A stretch of 64,000 nucleotides of DNA, from NCBI GenBank assembly GCA_951406725.2, contig OX597833.1:11532001-11596000 (forward strand). Reading direction: 5' to 3'. A program made the position numbers and the translations under genes. Source of the stretch: Octopus vulgaris (Eukaryota). This document shows positions 25,538 through 40,503 of this stretch, one piece after another (position 1 is the stretch's first letter; every line of letters begins with the position of its first letter). The notes below the pieces were generated by a model, which saw only the letters and a program-made list of their open reading frames with translations, had not been told where the DNA came from and did not search any database.

Positions 25538-26420
25538 TAAGCAACAAGGATATCCAGAGATAATGCAGTACAATTGTTTCATGCAACTCCATTTAATTGA
25601 ACAATACAATCATTGCATCAATTTAAAATATAGAGCAACCTTCAGCTGCACAAATACATAGGATTTAATTAAATTAAAACAGATTGACACATTAGTATAA
25701 TTATACCTAAAATCTCCAAGAAGTTAAGGAGATACACAAAGAACAGTTTGTCTCTACTTCAGCATAGAAGTTAATAAAATTATCAAGAAATTTATGAATA
25801 CTTATGAATACAATAAGTATTCAACAATTTCTATCCTTTTGTTATAATATTCTTCTTAATAATCCTTTGGAAAACCCTAAACTTCAACTGTATTCATAGC
25901 AACATTGTTTAAAATATTTAACTATAATATATGATAAGACCTTCCGTTTCATTGTTAATAGTCTGCCAGTGTGCGACCCCTTAATTATCAGTTAACACCT
26001 CATGGTATTGCTTATAATAATTCTTGATTTTTTTATGACTATACCAACTAGAATGTCTCTCTACCCCCTCAGCCCTTCCCCTATGTTCTCTCAGGCTTAG
26101 ATATACAAGAGATGTGTAAACTAGTCTATAAATTAAAACTGACATCATAAATACAAAAAATCAGTGGCAACCTGAGTCTTCTTGATAATTTTAGTAACTG
26201 CTATGCTGAAGTAGAGACAACATGTTCTATGTAATTTCTTGGGGATTTTAGGTATAATTATACAAATGTGTCCATCTGTTCTAATTTAATTAAATCCTAC
26301 GTCTTTTAGCAGCCGAGGATTGCTCTAAATTTTAAACTGATGTAATGATTGCATTGTTGAATTAAATGGAGTTGCATGAAACGAACGTACTGCATTATCT
26401 CTGGATATCATCGTTGCTTA
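25538..26420. mobile_element. Foldback / long-TIR non-autonomous DNA element in intron 3 of copy B
   Basis: ~250-bp imperfect inverted repeats at 25538-25789 and 26179-26420. It is absent from the homologous intron of copy A. Confidence 0.75.
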
Positions 26421-26511
26421 TTTTAATTTTAATCACCTTAATTTGAAATTGTATGGATAATGCCGTACTAAATTCTGGAGCCTCAACTTAAGTACCATAT
26501 TCATCTGAATC

Positions 26512-26616
<105 letters not shown>

Positions 26617-27792
26617 GTATATATATGTTGTGTGTATACGGGTAAGTATTTGGGGATATGACGTGGATTATTATGTAAGTTTGCATGGGGAAGTGTTTTT
26701 GCGTGGATGTTAATAGAAGGAGAAAAAGAAAGGAATTCGGTAACGCATGTACTCGTGTTTACCCGAAATGGAAAAGGTGTTCACGAGTGAACGGGGATAT
26801 TTTTGGTGATGGAGTCGGCGACCGATAAAATATACGTGTAGGGTTTATAAAGAGCAGATTCAGAGCATTTTTAAGGAATGTGAGGTGGATTGGGGAAGCG
26901 GTTTGTAGAAGCAGTTTTGAATTGGAAGTTTCGGAATTACCTTACAAAGATATACTGGATAATTAATGAGGTGATGTGGTGCATGAAAAGAGCAAGGTTT
27001 TAGCGATAGGACGATTTCGGTGAGTCGGAGAAGAATAGAAGTGCATTCTGTACTCTGTTGTGTTCTCTCACTAATATATAGTCTCTCTATATTTTACTTA
27101 ATGAATAAAGTCCTTAGCTTTTTCCATCAGTTACAGTATGTGGCTTGTCCAATCCTCATTCTACATTGTGCGTTCATTTCATTAATCGTTTACAGTCACT
27201 GTCATCAATTCTAATAGACTCTATTCAATTTAGCCCACACCTACGATCATTGGGCACTCTAGTTAATGATAGTCAAGTGGCCACTATTCAGCTCTGGTCA
27301 CTCACGTACAATACCACCATCCGTAGCCAGTACAATTGATCACCAGTTAGCAGCCTCGGTATTTGATATCTACAATCCAAAGCTGGTCAGCCTGAAATTC
27401 TTGATCGCCATGGTGGTTTTCAGTCCAGCCCTTGTCTGTAATTTAACTTAGAGATATCTATATTCTGTGGTTAGACAACATCCTTTTGACTTGGTCCGTA
27501 GTAGACAACATATAATATTCTGATTTGACCAAATACCTACAAAGGAGTAAGCAGTCTTGTGTAGTGTCTGTATAGTTTACAGGTATATACGTTTGAAACG
27601 TGACATATCATAAGAGGATTTGAGAATGTTTATGTCAGACAACCCGACAAAGGGTGAGTGTGTGTGCGTGTGCGTGGAGAGAGAGGGTGAGAGAGAAAGA
27701 GAGGCAACAAAAAGAGAGAATGAGAGGTATAAAAAGAGAACAAGAGAAAGACAAAAAGAGAATGAGAGATCAGAAATATAAAGTATACTAAC

Positions 27793-27866
27793 CGTCATAT
27801 ACAAGTTTGAATAAGGAGGACAAGTTGTTCTGCCCCACCGGGTATACAATGATCCGAGACCGGGTT
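27793..27866 (-). pseudogene. Copy B exon 3 with a 1-nt deletion
   Basis: 74 nt instead of 75: AAC TTG TAT versus AAC CTT GTA TAT in copy A. Confidence 0.85.
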
Positions 27867-28729
27867 CTGTGAAATTAAAATGAAATAAAGTAGTTTAAAA
27901 GAAAGAATTGGGGAATCATTTACAAAGTAGGATGTTGGATGGGAAGGAATTGATGGAGAAGAGAGAAATATAGAATTTAAGAAAGAACGAGTGAATGAAT
28001 GAAAGTCAGAACGAAAGATGTAAATAATAAGAATAAATTGTAAAGAAAGAAAAAAGACATTTGTCTGTTGAGCCTGTTGGTGACGTTGATGTCAAAGATT
28101 TGAGAGATAAATCTCAGAATATCAGAATGTGTATCGGTCTCCGCTAGGAACGGATGTATGTATGATACGTAAACTTGGGTATGAGTATATATACTTCTCA
28201 ATAGAATAATGATAAAACTCAATAGAATAATGATAAAATATTCGCCAGGTGCGAATATTCATCGGTCAATTACAAATGTCAGTTTGGAGCTCGGCGCAAA
28301 TAAGGCCATCATAACTACAATATAAAAATAACAACAATACCGCATCATTTGTCGATTTAGTTAAAAGACTTCGCATCCGGATCTCGAGTAGAGGAGTCCG
28401 TTCGATAAATGTATAGCACAACACACCCAACACCGGTGCAACCAGCAAATTAATCTGGGGTGCGTGGGGTTGGAACAAAATTGTTAGATATAATCTGCCT
28501 GTAAGATATAATCGGTGTCTCCTGTACAAAATTTCCTTTCTCCGATAGCATACACTTGGATATAGGCTTGAAACTCCACTACGCAACTGTGGTGCCAACA
28601 ATGTCTGCACAGGTGGGATTAGGATACTCTCAATCCCCAGCTTTCGGATTGTATTATGGAGTGAAACCTACTAGGTGTGAGGGTTCACCTCTTGAACTAA
28701 GGCTGAATATGAAAGACCACTGTGGCTGC

Positions 28730-30240
28730 TGTAAATATATGCAGCAAACAGCGGGTTCAAATACAAATCCTTCCTAAGCAAATTCACCTCAGCTTTAGAT
28801 ATATTTGGGGTAAAGTCATTTGTCCTGCAAGGAGACTTCAGTGCACACCTTGGCACTGATAACCTTGAGAAGGATTGATTGGAAGGAATGTCGTCAGTGA
28901 ACTTAATGGAGAGGTCATAGTAGCCTTCTGTGCAGGATACACACTCTCCTCTCTATGGTATAGATATTATTTTAAGACAGGGATATTTATAAGGGAGCCT
29001 AGTATAGAAATACTTGGTGACAGAAGTTTTTGATAGAGTTCGGTCATCTTTCACTCTTTGCTGAACGTTCGGGTAAAAGGAAGGGGTGGAGTTGTCAACT
29101 CGTCACTACCTAAATGTCTAAAAACCTGAAAATTCCTACAGTCTGCCGAACACTGGAATTTGGTAAGTCCAGTTCGACCTACAGAATACAGTTGGCAGCC
29201 GCAGTGGATGCTGGGATCAGAAACAAAGATGTGGAGACTTTTGCATCCAAGTTGAGAGTGACCCTCCTGAATGAAGTTGGACATCGAAATGGATTCGTGA
29301 TTGTATTATTATTTCCGTCAGGTTCTTCTTCGTTTGAACGCTTATTTGAGCTAAACTCACTTAAAAGTGATAAAGCTGCTGGTGAAAAGCACGTTCGGCT
29401 TGATATTTTAGAAACCTTAAATACAGATGGTTTTCTCTGAGTGACCCATGTACGCTAGGTGGATGGGACCTCTGGAAAAAACACCAAGGCAATGGAAATA
29501 TGGGGTGATAATCACAAGTTTTTCAAACAGAGACCAATGAGTGTGTTCTAATTATAGAAAAGTCTACACTAGATGTCAGGAAAAGATATGTAGGGAAATT
29601 GTCGTGCCCAAGATTACTGTTCGGGACGCAGTCCACCCGACCAGATAGTTGTTCAAAGTCAGATCTTCTAGCAAACGTTGAAGCATTTCAAAGAGGAATG
29701 CGTTGTAAACCGCGAAAGTGCACACAATCCCGTGCCCTGGGGCATGTTGCGGATGGTTTAGCAGGAAGGTGAGTTTAATGTGCAAATACTGTTTGCCATA
29801 AAGTACTTATATGGTTGTTCAAATGTTTGTATTTATGTAAAAGTCGAATGTTTTCAACGTGAAGGTTTCACTTAGTTGAAGTGTGCGTTGTTAGTGCCCC
29901 TTCTCACATTCTATTTTGTGATCTGGTTGAATGTGCGCAGCCTTTGTGGTAGAAGTATCCCAATTCATCTCTACCTGATCGGTCGACTGTTATTTGTAGA
30001 CGACATGCTGCTACCTGATTCGTCTGATGGTCACCAACAACGTGCACTGAATTGGTTGGCTGCCGAGTACCCCAAGGCAGGATTGACAAATACGCACTGT
30101 GTAGGAAAGTGGAACATCATTATTTCGGGTCTCTATTCACGAATGATTGGAAGCTCAAGAGTGGACAGAATGCTGAATTGTAGATATAAACGCAGTGAAG
30201 CGCCAGCTCGGGCATTTGATTCTCAGATGAAGAGGGCTTG
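28730..30240 (+). mobile_element. RTE LINE remnant, duplicate of 13640-15130
   Basis: Near-identical ORF fragments (MSKNLKIPTVCRTLEFGK.., LLFVDD). Confidence 0.75.
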
Positions 30241-30495
30241 GTACAATTATCGACGTAGCACTGCATATATACTCATATACACACAATAAATGGCATAGTA
30301 TATTAGAGTAACATTTTATTTAGGAAATTATTGTAAAGTAGAATATATTTTGAAATAAATTCAGGCAAGTGTCTTAGTATATACTATTGTGGACATGTGG
30401 ATAGTAATGTGGAACTAATTCAAAGTTGGTGAAATTATAAACCATTAGTTAAGGAGACACGGGTAAAAGACTTTAGCTATAAAATTAGTTCTTAC

Positions 30496-30547
30496 TTGGT
30501 GTGTCATCAGGTTTATCGTCGAGAGATTTCTTAGAGATGAAACGGTT
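30496..30547 (-). pseudogene. Copy B exon 2 NRFISKKSLDDKPDDTP
   Basis: Same splice sites and 52-nt length as in copy A. Confidence 0.8.
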
Positions 30548-30639
30548 CTGTGAAAACATAGAAATAGCATCATATAAATAGAACTTCAGGGTATTTATTA
30601 TCGTTTAGAACTTAAAACAATGCAATAGATGACAACATA

Positions 30640-30940
30640 TTCGGACAGGTATCATTGCCAACACTACCATTTCAACCCCTTAGGAATCTTCTCGAAGGCG
30701 CTTCCATGCAGTCGAACGATGTTCGGAACAATATCAGACAATACAACTCTGCATTTCAAATGACATCGTTTGGTGAATCTAAGAAGATAGATAAACATGA
30801 ATTTACGCCGACGTCAAAGTTCAAGGGCAAGTCTATCCCCTCATTGGTTCTCTGGTACCCGCAAATGAACAACCACAGTTCCTCCAAATTTACTCTATGA
30901 GAGACGTAGGACAACAAACCCGACGTGAGGTGTCAGAATT
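30640..30940 (+). mobile_element. Helitron Rep-helicase fragment (duplicate of 15540-15830)
   Basis: NNIRQYNSAFQMTSFG motif. Confidence 0.75.
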
Positions 30941-30952
30941 TACACACAGCGT

Positions 30953-31046
<94 letters not shown>

Positions 31047-31649
31047 GTATACTTAAGCATACACACCATAAATATCACAAATAAACGTATCTACTTATAC
31101 GCATACACACACACAAACGCACACATATATGTGAGTGGACATACACTGTATAGTGTGATTGTTCGTGTACAATTGAGCACGTGTGTCTGTGTGCGTGCGT
31201 ATGTGTGTGTGTTTGTGTTTATTTGTGCGTGTGTTTGTCCGTGTGTCTGTGTGTATGTATTTACATTCGTTCTTACATATTGTCATATATAAAAACCAAC
31301 GTGAATTACAGTCAAACATTACGAAATTCACCGATCTACATTGGCACTCGCACGTTTTATTTTCAGTTGGAAAGAAAAGATTCAAAAAAACTCGCCTCAC
31401 TTCCGTTCCTGATGGAGAGAAATAGATAAATGTGTGTAAATATGTACGTATTCCTATGTGTGCGTGTGTGTGTGTTTGTATGTGTCTGTTTCTGTGCGTG
31501 TGTGTAAGTGTACATCTAGATATAATACTTAACACTAATATTAACAGGGCTAAACGTTGCAGCGAGAGGGCATGGCCATGCTAGAACCCCACCATTAGAT
31601 TTTTTTTCATTACGCACTTATTTCGGTAAAATTACAGAATAACATCCGC

Positions 31650-33020
31650 ACGATTTTCACTAAAAAAGAAAACTTCGGATTTTTGCGTGGAATCAAGTAA
31701 CCTGACCTCCTAATATGCTGCAAACCCCATATTTTGGTCCGGAATTGGTACGGAAGGGAGGGGGGCAAGCACAATACTACGTTGGTAATCACAACTCACT
31801 TTATACACTGTGAAAAACTTTTGAAAAATTTTTTCGTTGGCCAAAATTCGGGAGGGGGTGGGGTTCCTCCCTTCTGGACCCATTCCGAACCAAGAAAAAA
31901 TTTGGGAGGAAGTTTTTCCAATAGCGTGCATGTGTATGTAGACAGGTAAAAATTTACTTACCTCTTTGCTGTCAAAAACATGGATCCATTCTCAACAAAA
32001 TACACTTTAAACTAGCTAGTTCAATCAAGTGTTTTACGAAAAAAAAAACTCTTTCGCGCCCAAACTAATTTTTTTTGTAGGTGGAGGCGGTGTGGGGAGA
32101 TAGATGAACGATGTCTCATTCTCTACTATATATATATAATGAACCATTTCTTAAACATACACGATATAGTCTATAAACGTGGGATGTTTTTGAAAGATAA
32201 TATATTTTATCATCAGAATATATATACTTTCTCACATTACAATTAAGATATATTTATTTTAAATCGTTCATCTTTCTCTCCCCACACGCAAAAATTAGTT
32301 TGGGCGCGGAAAACTTTTGTTTTTGTTTTTTCTTAAAACGCTGGTCTCTCCTAGAAAAAATGCATTTTTCTGAAAAAGTTTATTTGGAGTCCTAGGTTTT
32401 ATATGTCAGAATAAAGTTTTTCAGAAAAATACATTTCTGAAATGGAGGTGTGAATTTGCATTAGCCCCATCCCCAAATCTTTTAGTGGGTGCATCAAATA
32501 GCTTTTCTGTCATCCTCAAGAACTTCACGGATGCGAAAATGAAGGACATATATAACAGGTATGTAGAAAATATATTTCTGTACTTTCTGTTTATTCGTAT
32601 AAATCATTGAAATTGTTGTGCGCGCACCGACGCAGACATGAATACACCAATTATACACAATTTCTATGTATATTTAATAACGAACCATGTAATTCACACC
32701 CAGGAAATTTTATTTCTGTAAAATGTTGGCAGTGGGTGAAACTTCCAAGGCTTTCACCTCACAACACTCCATTTCTCGAACCGCAAAAAGGGTTTTCTAC
32801 CTTGTTGGGATGGGTTATGTTAGCATGTCAGGAATTCATTCAACGAAAACAAAAGAAATCAAATTCGCCACCCCCTTTTCCGAACCAAAATAAGGGATTA
32901 GCACATATTAAGGTAAGGAGGTCAGAGTACTTGATTCCACGCAAAAATTCCGAATTTTTGAAAAAAATATTTTTCCTTCGTGAAAATTTCGAGGGGGGGG
33001 GCTGCCCCCTTCCGAACCAT
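31650..33020. mobile_element. Non-autonomous DNA element(s) with nested inverted repeats
   Basis: 31675-31745 pairs with 32878-32955, and 32030-32112 pairs with 32263-32340, as inverted copies. Confidence 0.55.
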
Positions 33021-33576
33021 AATGGTATATACAGGTGCTTACAATTATCAAGTATTCACCCTGAATTTTTATATATATGTATATATATATACACAGGTAT
33101 ATATATATATATTTATACATATATATATATATGTGTGTGTATGTGTGTGTATACATATGCAGTTGCATATATTGAGACATATACACACGTAAGGACCCTA
33201 TCCAATGTAAATTGTATATCCACGATTTCGTTCATTTCCTTTCTTTTCTCTCTTCTCCTTTCATTTCTTATTGTAGAATGTTTACTACGGTCCGCTCAGG
33301 TCCCATAAATAATCAGGATGGTGATCTGTCTACCTTCTGTAGGTTCTGATTTCTGCTTTCCAAATCTAACTCATATCCTCTTCAATTCAACTTTCCTTTT
33401 AGCAAATTCGCTTTGTGGTTCTGAAACAGTCATCAAGCGGGTTAATTAAAATTCGCTCCATACCAATGTGGTTATTTGTTTAATATCACCTGGAAATGGC
33501 AAATTGTTTGCTTGATATCATCGGAATAATCGAAGAATCCGTCAATGAATGATGCTATGGAAATATATACATATAC

Positions 33577-33661
<85 letters not shown>

Positions 33662-33702
33662 CATATATATACATATATATACACACACACACATATATAT
33701 AT

Positions 33703-33767
<65 letters not shown>

Positions 33768-34456
33768 AAAAAAGCAACAAGAATGGATTAAAATCTCGGT
33801 ACGATCGTTTCGTACGAGGACATCTTTAATAAGCTACAAAAAATGCAGTGAATACAGATGGCTCGTACTCGTCAGCCGAAAAAATATCAGAGAATTCCCA
33901 AACATCAAAAGGGGTAGATATAAAAGAGGTTGTAGGATTAACTGCATTGAAGAAAGTTCGATTCATGGAGATCTGATGAAAGGTTTTAAACCTATAATAT
34001 ATGGAGATAGAGAGAGATCTACAATTATGTGTGTGTCTGTGTGCTTATATATATAAATATAATACATATATATTTATACATACATATGCAATTATGTATG
34101 TATGTATTTATGTATCTATGTATGTGTGTGTCTGTGTACGCATGTACGTAGTATGCACATATGTATATAAAATATAAATAAAATTCTGCTGAATTAGGTA
34201 CTTAAATTGAGACACCTCGTTAGGTAGGTATAATTTAAACACACAACACTACTGAGTAAATATCGAACTTGTACCTTAGAACCGGCCGAATGATATCTTG
34301 CAGTGTATGTAGACAATTAAACCCAGCTGAGTGAAGAAATCCGCTCTTGAGCTATTCAGACATGTACATTATATATAAATGTGGTCCATAATGTTTACGA
34401 AGAGCAGATTCCAGGACAGGTGAATAAAATATAAATGAGTAACAGGAGAGGTACAG

Positions 34457-34663
34457 GTGTCAATCCATTACGGCCGTTTCCTACGACTCCTTCAATTGAT
34501 TAATAAACACATTACATCACTGTAAAGCAATTGTTTTCGTCAGATGAATTCACGATTTTAACTTTCATGAATTCATCTGTCAAAAACGTTTTCTTTACAA
34601 TGGTGTAATATTTTCATCAATCAATTAAAGTAGTCGTTAGACACAGCCGTAATAAATTGACAC
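34457..34663. repeat. Imperfect ~205-bp palindrome (MITE-like)
   Basis: gtgtcaat..ttacggc..cagatgaattca is mirrored by tgaattcatctg..gccgtaa..attgacac. Confidence 0.75.
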
Positions 34664-35764
34664 GAAGCTTGCTTCCCAACAATATGATTCCGGGTTCAGT
34701 CCCTCTCCATTGTTGGGCAACCTTCTATTGCCTGGGGCAGACCAACGCCTTGTGAGTGAATTTGGAAGACGGAAACTGAAGGCTGGCGCGGTTTAATGAA
34801 GATATCTACTGACAGATCCAAAGTAATGTTCTCAGATTCCATCTGTGAAGTGGCAGAATAGCCAGGAGTTGTTTCGTTTTTATAAAGCCATCATAATTGT
34901 ATCGACAAAACGCTTCACCTGTCCAATTCACATTGGATGAAACGGCGAAGTGGTCACACGTTTAATAGAGATTTTACAGAATTTTTTGAACTCGTTTGCA
35001 GTAAACCGTGTTCCATAATCTGACACAAGTCTATCAGGAATACCATTTTTGACAAATAATTCGTAGAAAATATTTCTGTAACCCAAGATGTCCGTTTTTA
35101 CACTTCAGGCCGCTTAGGAAGTCTGTCTAACACAAAACAATGTGAACCGTTAAATGGACCAGCAAAATCAACATGCAGTGCGAACCATGTAATATCTGAT
35201 TCTGGCCGTGGCTGCCATCTTGTTGTAAGTGCTTTTGCAGACAGAGCACTCTGCTTGCTTTCACAAGTTCTTCAAACTCTCAATCCATTGTTGGCCAATA
35301 CACATACCTTCTCAACAACGATTTCATTCTCGAAATCCATGGATGAACACTGTGAAATTCTGTTAGCATTCATTTCTGTGGTGTGACCGGTTCTTCGATT
35401 TTTTGTGGGTACAGTCGGACGTTGTCACAAACCCGGAATCCGTGTTGCGTTCTGCCAAACGCATATTTTTATTTCTATTTTCAACCGTCAGGGATCACAT
35501 TTTTCAAATCTGTGTTACAACTGGACGACCTCCATTACGTTTTGATAAAATCTATTTCTGGGTGAATTCCATAATTCTAACAGCACCATCTACTAAGTTC
35601 CAAAAAACCTATTGCAAAAATATCTGTTAAAACAGAACGCACTCTGTGCCACTCGAACGTAGCTACGATTCTCAGCATTCATTGTTCAATAAACGACTGT
35701 TAAACCAACGCACGTCGAACTAACACGCTAAGACAATACGATCGAACTAACACCGTCAATTACC

Positions 35765-35996
35765 TATTTCTTTACTACCCACTTGGGGCTAAACACAGAG
35801 GGGACAAACAAGGACAGACATAGGTATTAAGTCGATTACATCGACCCCAGTGCGTAACTGGTACTTAATTTATCGACCCCGAAAGGATGAAAGGCAAAGT
35901 CGACCACGGCGGAATTTGAACTCAGAACGTAACAGCAGACGAAATATCACTAAGCATTTCGCCCAGCATGCTAACGTTTCTGCCAGCTTGCCGCCT
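35765..35996 (-). mobile_element. tRNA-derived SINE with Nin/Deu-type core and 17-bp TSD
   Basis: GAGTTCAAATTCC B box and GCCTTTCATCCTTTCGGGGTCGATAAA core. TSD taacaccgtcaa(t/c)tacc at 35748-35764 and 35997-36013. Confidence 0.88.
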
Positions 35997-36749
35997 TAAC
36001 ACCGTCAACTACCGATGACTAATCACTCAGTTCCTGTTCATTGCATTCGTTTAGTCCACCTTCAATCACGTGATGGGAATCAGGATTCTCCCATAACATT
36101 TCCCCTTTTCTAGATTTAAACTCTGCTCGCAGTTTAATATCTGTTGCATTTACTATCAATATTGATTAATTTTGTTCGCTTAGTTTTTCTGGAAATTGAA
36201 TGTGTAATTACCACGAATGGTTTACACATAGCTTCTCAACAACGACTTCATTCTTGAAATCTCCGGATGAACAATGTGAAATTCTTTTAGCATTCATTTT
36301 TGTAGTGTGACCTGTTCTTCGATATTTTTGTGTTGACATTCGCAAATTGTCACAAACTCAGTATTGGTTCGAATTCCTGTTGCGTTCTTCCAAACGCATA
36401 ATTTTATTTCTATTTACAGCATTCAGAATTCCTTACATTTTATTTAATAAGTTCATTTTCTGCTTTTAGTTTGTTCTCTTCTAATGTAATTTGTAATTCT
36501 CGTACAACATTAGGTAAAATAGTTTAACATTTTTTCTGCTCGCAACGCTGCAATCACGGTAACCGCAAACGGTTCAAGACATTTTCCTATCAGTCTTGAT
36601 AAACAATCAGCGACTCCTAATTTCTTAGATCGTTTAACTCCATCACAAAATTGTAATTTAGTATTATTGTACCCTAGCGTTGCAAACTAATTGTAGTGTG
36701 GGTAAGGATTCCATTCCTCGACCAATATATACGTTATCATTTCAAATTT

Positions 36750-37135
36750 TAGCCACAAGGGCAGCTTGGAGAAAATGCAGATGAGCCGACTACACCGACA
36801 CCAGCGTTCAACTGGTACTTAATCTATCAACCCCGAAAGGATGAAAGTCGATGTCGACCTCGGCGGAATTTTAACTCAGAAGAAAGCGTCGGGCGAAATA
36901 TCTACTTTTTTACTACCCACAAGGGGCTAAACACAAAGAGGACAAACAAGGACAGACGAGGGGATTCAGTCGATTATATTGACCCAAGTGCGTAACTGGT
37001 ACTTAATTTATCGACCCCGAAAGGATGAAAGGCAAAGTCGACCTCGGCGGAATTTGAACTCAGAACGAAGCAACAGGCGAAATACCACCAAGCATTTCGT
37101 CCAGTGTGCTAACAGTTCTGCCAGCTCGCTGCCTT
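36750..37135 (-). mobile_element. Two adjacent SINEs of the same family (partial ~36750-36900, full 36906-37135)
   Basis: Same head and core as 35765-35996. Confidence 0.85.
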
Positions 37136-40100
37136 GACCCATGTATAGATACTAACAGACGATGGTCAGTCTGTTATCTAAAACTTCTACCGTGAAAGAA
37201 TCTGTGAAATATTTTTACGGCGAAAATAATCCATCGTCGTCTTTACGTAGAATTACTGATCCGATACTGTACTCACTGGCATCTGAAGCTAATATAATCT
37301 CCAATGCAGGATCGAAATATACCAAAGACAAATCTGACGTTAACCCTTTTCTTTTCTTCGAACCCCTTCTGATAATTTTTAAGATGAATTCCACTTTTTT
37401 TATCTTTTTTTAGTAAATTACTTTGTGGAGCTCCTACCTGGTGCATATTTGCCATATGAATCTGATAATCTTTGGCAAATCCCGAGATAGCTTGTAAAGA
37501 AGATATGTTTGTCGGAGGGGCATATTTTTTATCATTTCTACCCTCGACGGATCTGGTCGACCACAATTCTTATCAATAATTTGTCCTAATTACATAATTT
37601 TAGGTAAGTAAATTTCGCTTTTCTCCTCAGCCAGTTTGAAACCGTAATATTTTAGTTTCAAAAACACATTTTACATGTTCGAAATGCTGATCACAGGATT
37701 CGATTTTCATTACTATATCATCCAGACAGGTCATCGCGAAATCACATTCTGCAAGCAACGCATCCATCATTTGTTGGGATGTAGCAAAACAGACGAATCT
37801 AGTGTAATTCTCCACATCCAAAATATTGTTTATTTGTCCGTTTTTCATTCTTAATTTCGGTCGTACCGACTGTATATGGGAGCAGTTCCTTCCTTCAGTT
37901 GCTTCCATATCGTGCATTCTCTGGTATTCCTCAGATATTTCTTGTCGTGTTTGCTTCTCATCCTGCAATAATTTAGTCAATATTCTGTTTCGAATTCCTG
38001 CAACTTTCTTGGCACTTAAACCTTGAGAGAAAATAAATTAAGCATTTAAACATATCTGATGTTGGTTCATTAATTTTAAATCTTTCGCATTCGCTATTAA
38101 GCATTTTTGGTTGAAAATCTTTGATAGAATATTCACCGTTTCTTCAAAACAGATTTCTCTCAGTTTCTTTCATAATATATAATTTCAATATTTCTCATAC
38201 TCGGCTGGTGCCAGCTTTCTCAACAAAAGTCCAGTGATTTCTCGTCTTGCCAGGCACAGCATTCTTCTGTAAAAATGTTCTCATATCTTCTAAAGTAAGC
38301 AGGGAAGGTTGTACCTTCCTCTGGCTTATGTGCGAACCCTCCAATCAAGTTTTGCGACAGGGACAGGGATGAACGAATCAGATGAATTTTCTCATTTCTT
38401 CTGTATCAGTTGTACTAACAATTGATGTTACTTCTCAAATTCCAACAACTGTTGTTGTTGCTGTTTTTATTGCTGTTTTTGCTGTTTCTGTAATTCCAAC
38501 GGCTGTTGTCTTTATCTTTATTGCTTTTGCTGGTTTTGTTGCTGTAATTAAATTACCGAGGCTAGTAAAGCTCTCACGTGAAGAGACAAATCGGTCCGGT
38601 ATGAGCTTCGAATAACTTCGTCGATAAAAATGTTATGACTTAGTTACACACGTCTGGTGTATAATGGTATTAAACAAATAAATTGTTGGTTGTGACTATC
38701 TAAAAGTAACCTATCGCAGAAATATATGTCAACACAAAACGCACTCTGCGCTAGTCGAACGTAAGTCCGATACCCAGCATGCACTGATCCGTAAACGATT
38801 GTTGAACTAACACCACCAACTGTCACTCACTGTTCATTTACTTCCTGTTTACTATAGCCAGTTCCTCCACCTTCGGTCACATGACAGTCAATGATTTAAG
38901 TCGGATTTGGGTATTATCCCCGCATGAGTGAACAGCAAATAGACTCGGAGTGCTGACCTCTTTGGTAGTCTCAAACTTTCTTTAAACCACCTTTTCTCGC
39001 ACCCATTCACCAGAAGGTGAGCAATGCAATGACTGAAATGTGCTGCCCAGTCACTCGGGATGCTGCTAAATACCACCATTATCATACAAGATGAAGCAAC
39101 CAAAAATCCCTACACGCCACATATGACTTAACAATTATAACCTCCCAGCTTTTAAAGCTTCAATCATTCATTAATTTTCCATTGCCCTTCATGTACCGTT
39201 CCAAGGATCCAAGATGATCCTGAATGTAAATTTGCTTTGAGTGGATAAACCGTTCTGCTGTACTAACACCAGTGGGACAAACGAATTGGAGACAACCAGA
39301 AAACCAATTCCACTGCAGGATTATTTTTTATACGACTTCACCTTATTGAAAGATGTTCTAACAACAATTCGTAATCCTTCAATCCCATCGATCAAGAGTC
39401 TTTCGCTCCAAGTTGTTCAATGAACGATGACTCAACTGAAGGAATTTGTCCTTTGACATGATTTTTTTATCGTCCTGTAGCTTCCATTCTTGATTGCATT
39501 GAAGGCCCAGTCCCTGGCTGTCCGATTTCCCAAAAGGTTCATTGGGTTAAGCACACACACATGTATACCTTTAAAGTTGATTCCTATTATAAATGTCTAA
39601 ATACATGCATTTTCTTAATGGCAAGCTTATGGCACTCAATTACTTGCATGAAAGACGTTGTGTCTCCCAAATATCCATCTTCTTCTCTTTAATCTAAGGA
39701 ATATTCAACACTAACACATAGTGATGTTTCTTATTGGATGTGGTGTAACAGTCTCAACATATCACACAGTTTACACAGAGTAACTTTGCTTAGCCTCATT
39801 ATGTTTCTACGTCCTTTTGCTGTCTTTACTCTGCTTTCTATGTATGTGGTAAGTGTTGTAAAGCAAATCTTTGCTCCAATTTACCATTTTTCTGCTTTTC
39901 AGGGAGAGAATTATTCGTATTCGATACTCGCTGGTGATTCCATTCCTGATTGTTGTGCATCAGTGTTTAGAAAATGGTGCAAGGTGTGAGGGTTACGTGT
40001 TCCGGTTATGTGGATGTCAACTAATCTTGTGGCGGGGTCACGAGTTTGTATAGGTACAGGTAAAAACAAAATAGGTGGTGAGAGGATTACTACTTACATT

Positions 40101-40503
40101 CCTGTCAAAAATGATGGAACCATCATATATTTCTATGATATTACTTCAAGTGGGGTTTATTGATATTTAAGACAGAACACAAAATACAGTTAAACGAAAT
40201 ACAATTTTATTTCCACATTTTAGTTTTATGAACTGATCCTTATACAATGTTTATCTAGAATTATTCACTCAGCTTTGCATTGTTCTATAAGCATAATTCT
40301 CACATTCTCTGGCGCCGATTTTCTCTCCATTATAATATTTTTCTGTTAACTAGTAGCGCAGAGTATTTTAACGATTTATATAACTTCGATAAAATATTAT
40401 CAAACAGAATTTAAAATGTCTATATTGTTTTATGATATTATATTATGTCTTGTAATTGGTTAACATAAGTTTTCATAGAGAAGCAAATTCAACTATATTC
40501 CCT

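Larger units (their letters stand above)
34790..38890 (-). mobile_element. Decayed Ty3/Gypsy LTR retrotransposon(s): gag, RT, RNase H and integrase relics
   Basis: KPEEGTTFPAYFRRYE (gag), CLDDIV (RT), FDPALEIILASDASEYSIG (RNase H), and RMKSLLRRYVYWP, LHVDFAGP, LVSDYGTRF (integrase). LTR-like similarity between ~35630-36075 and ~38735-38890. Confidence 0.8.

Noticed and set aside
27977-28222. Possible extra exon in intron 2 conserved between A and B
   Set aside because: No convincing donor site, not present in C/D, and the exon phases already close without it.
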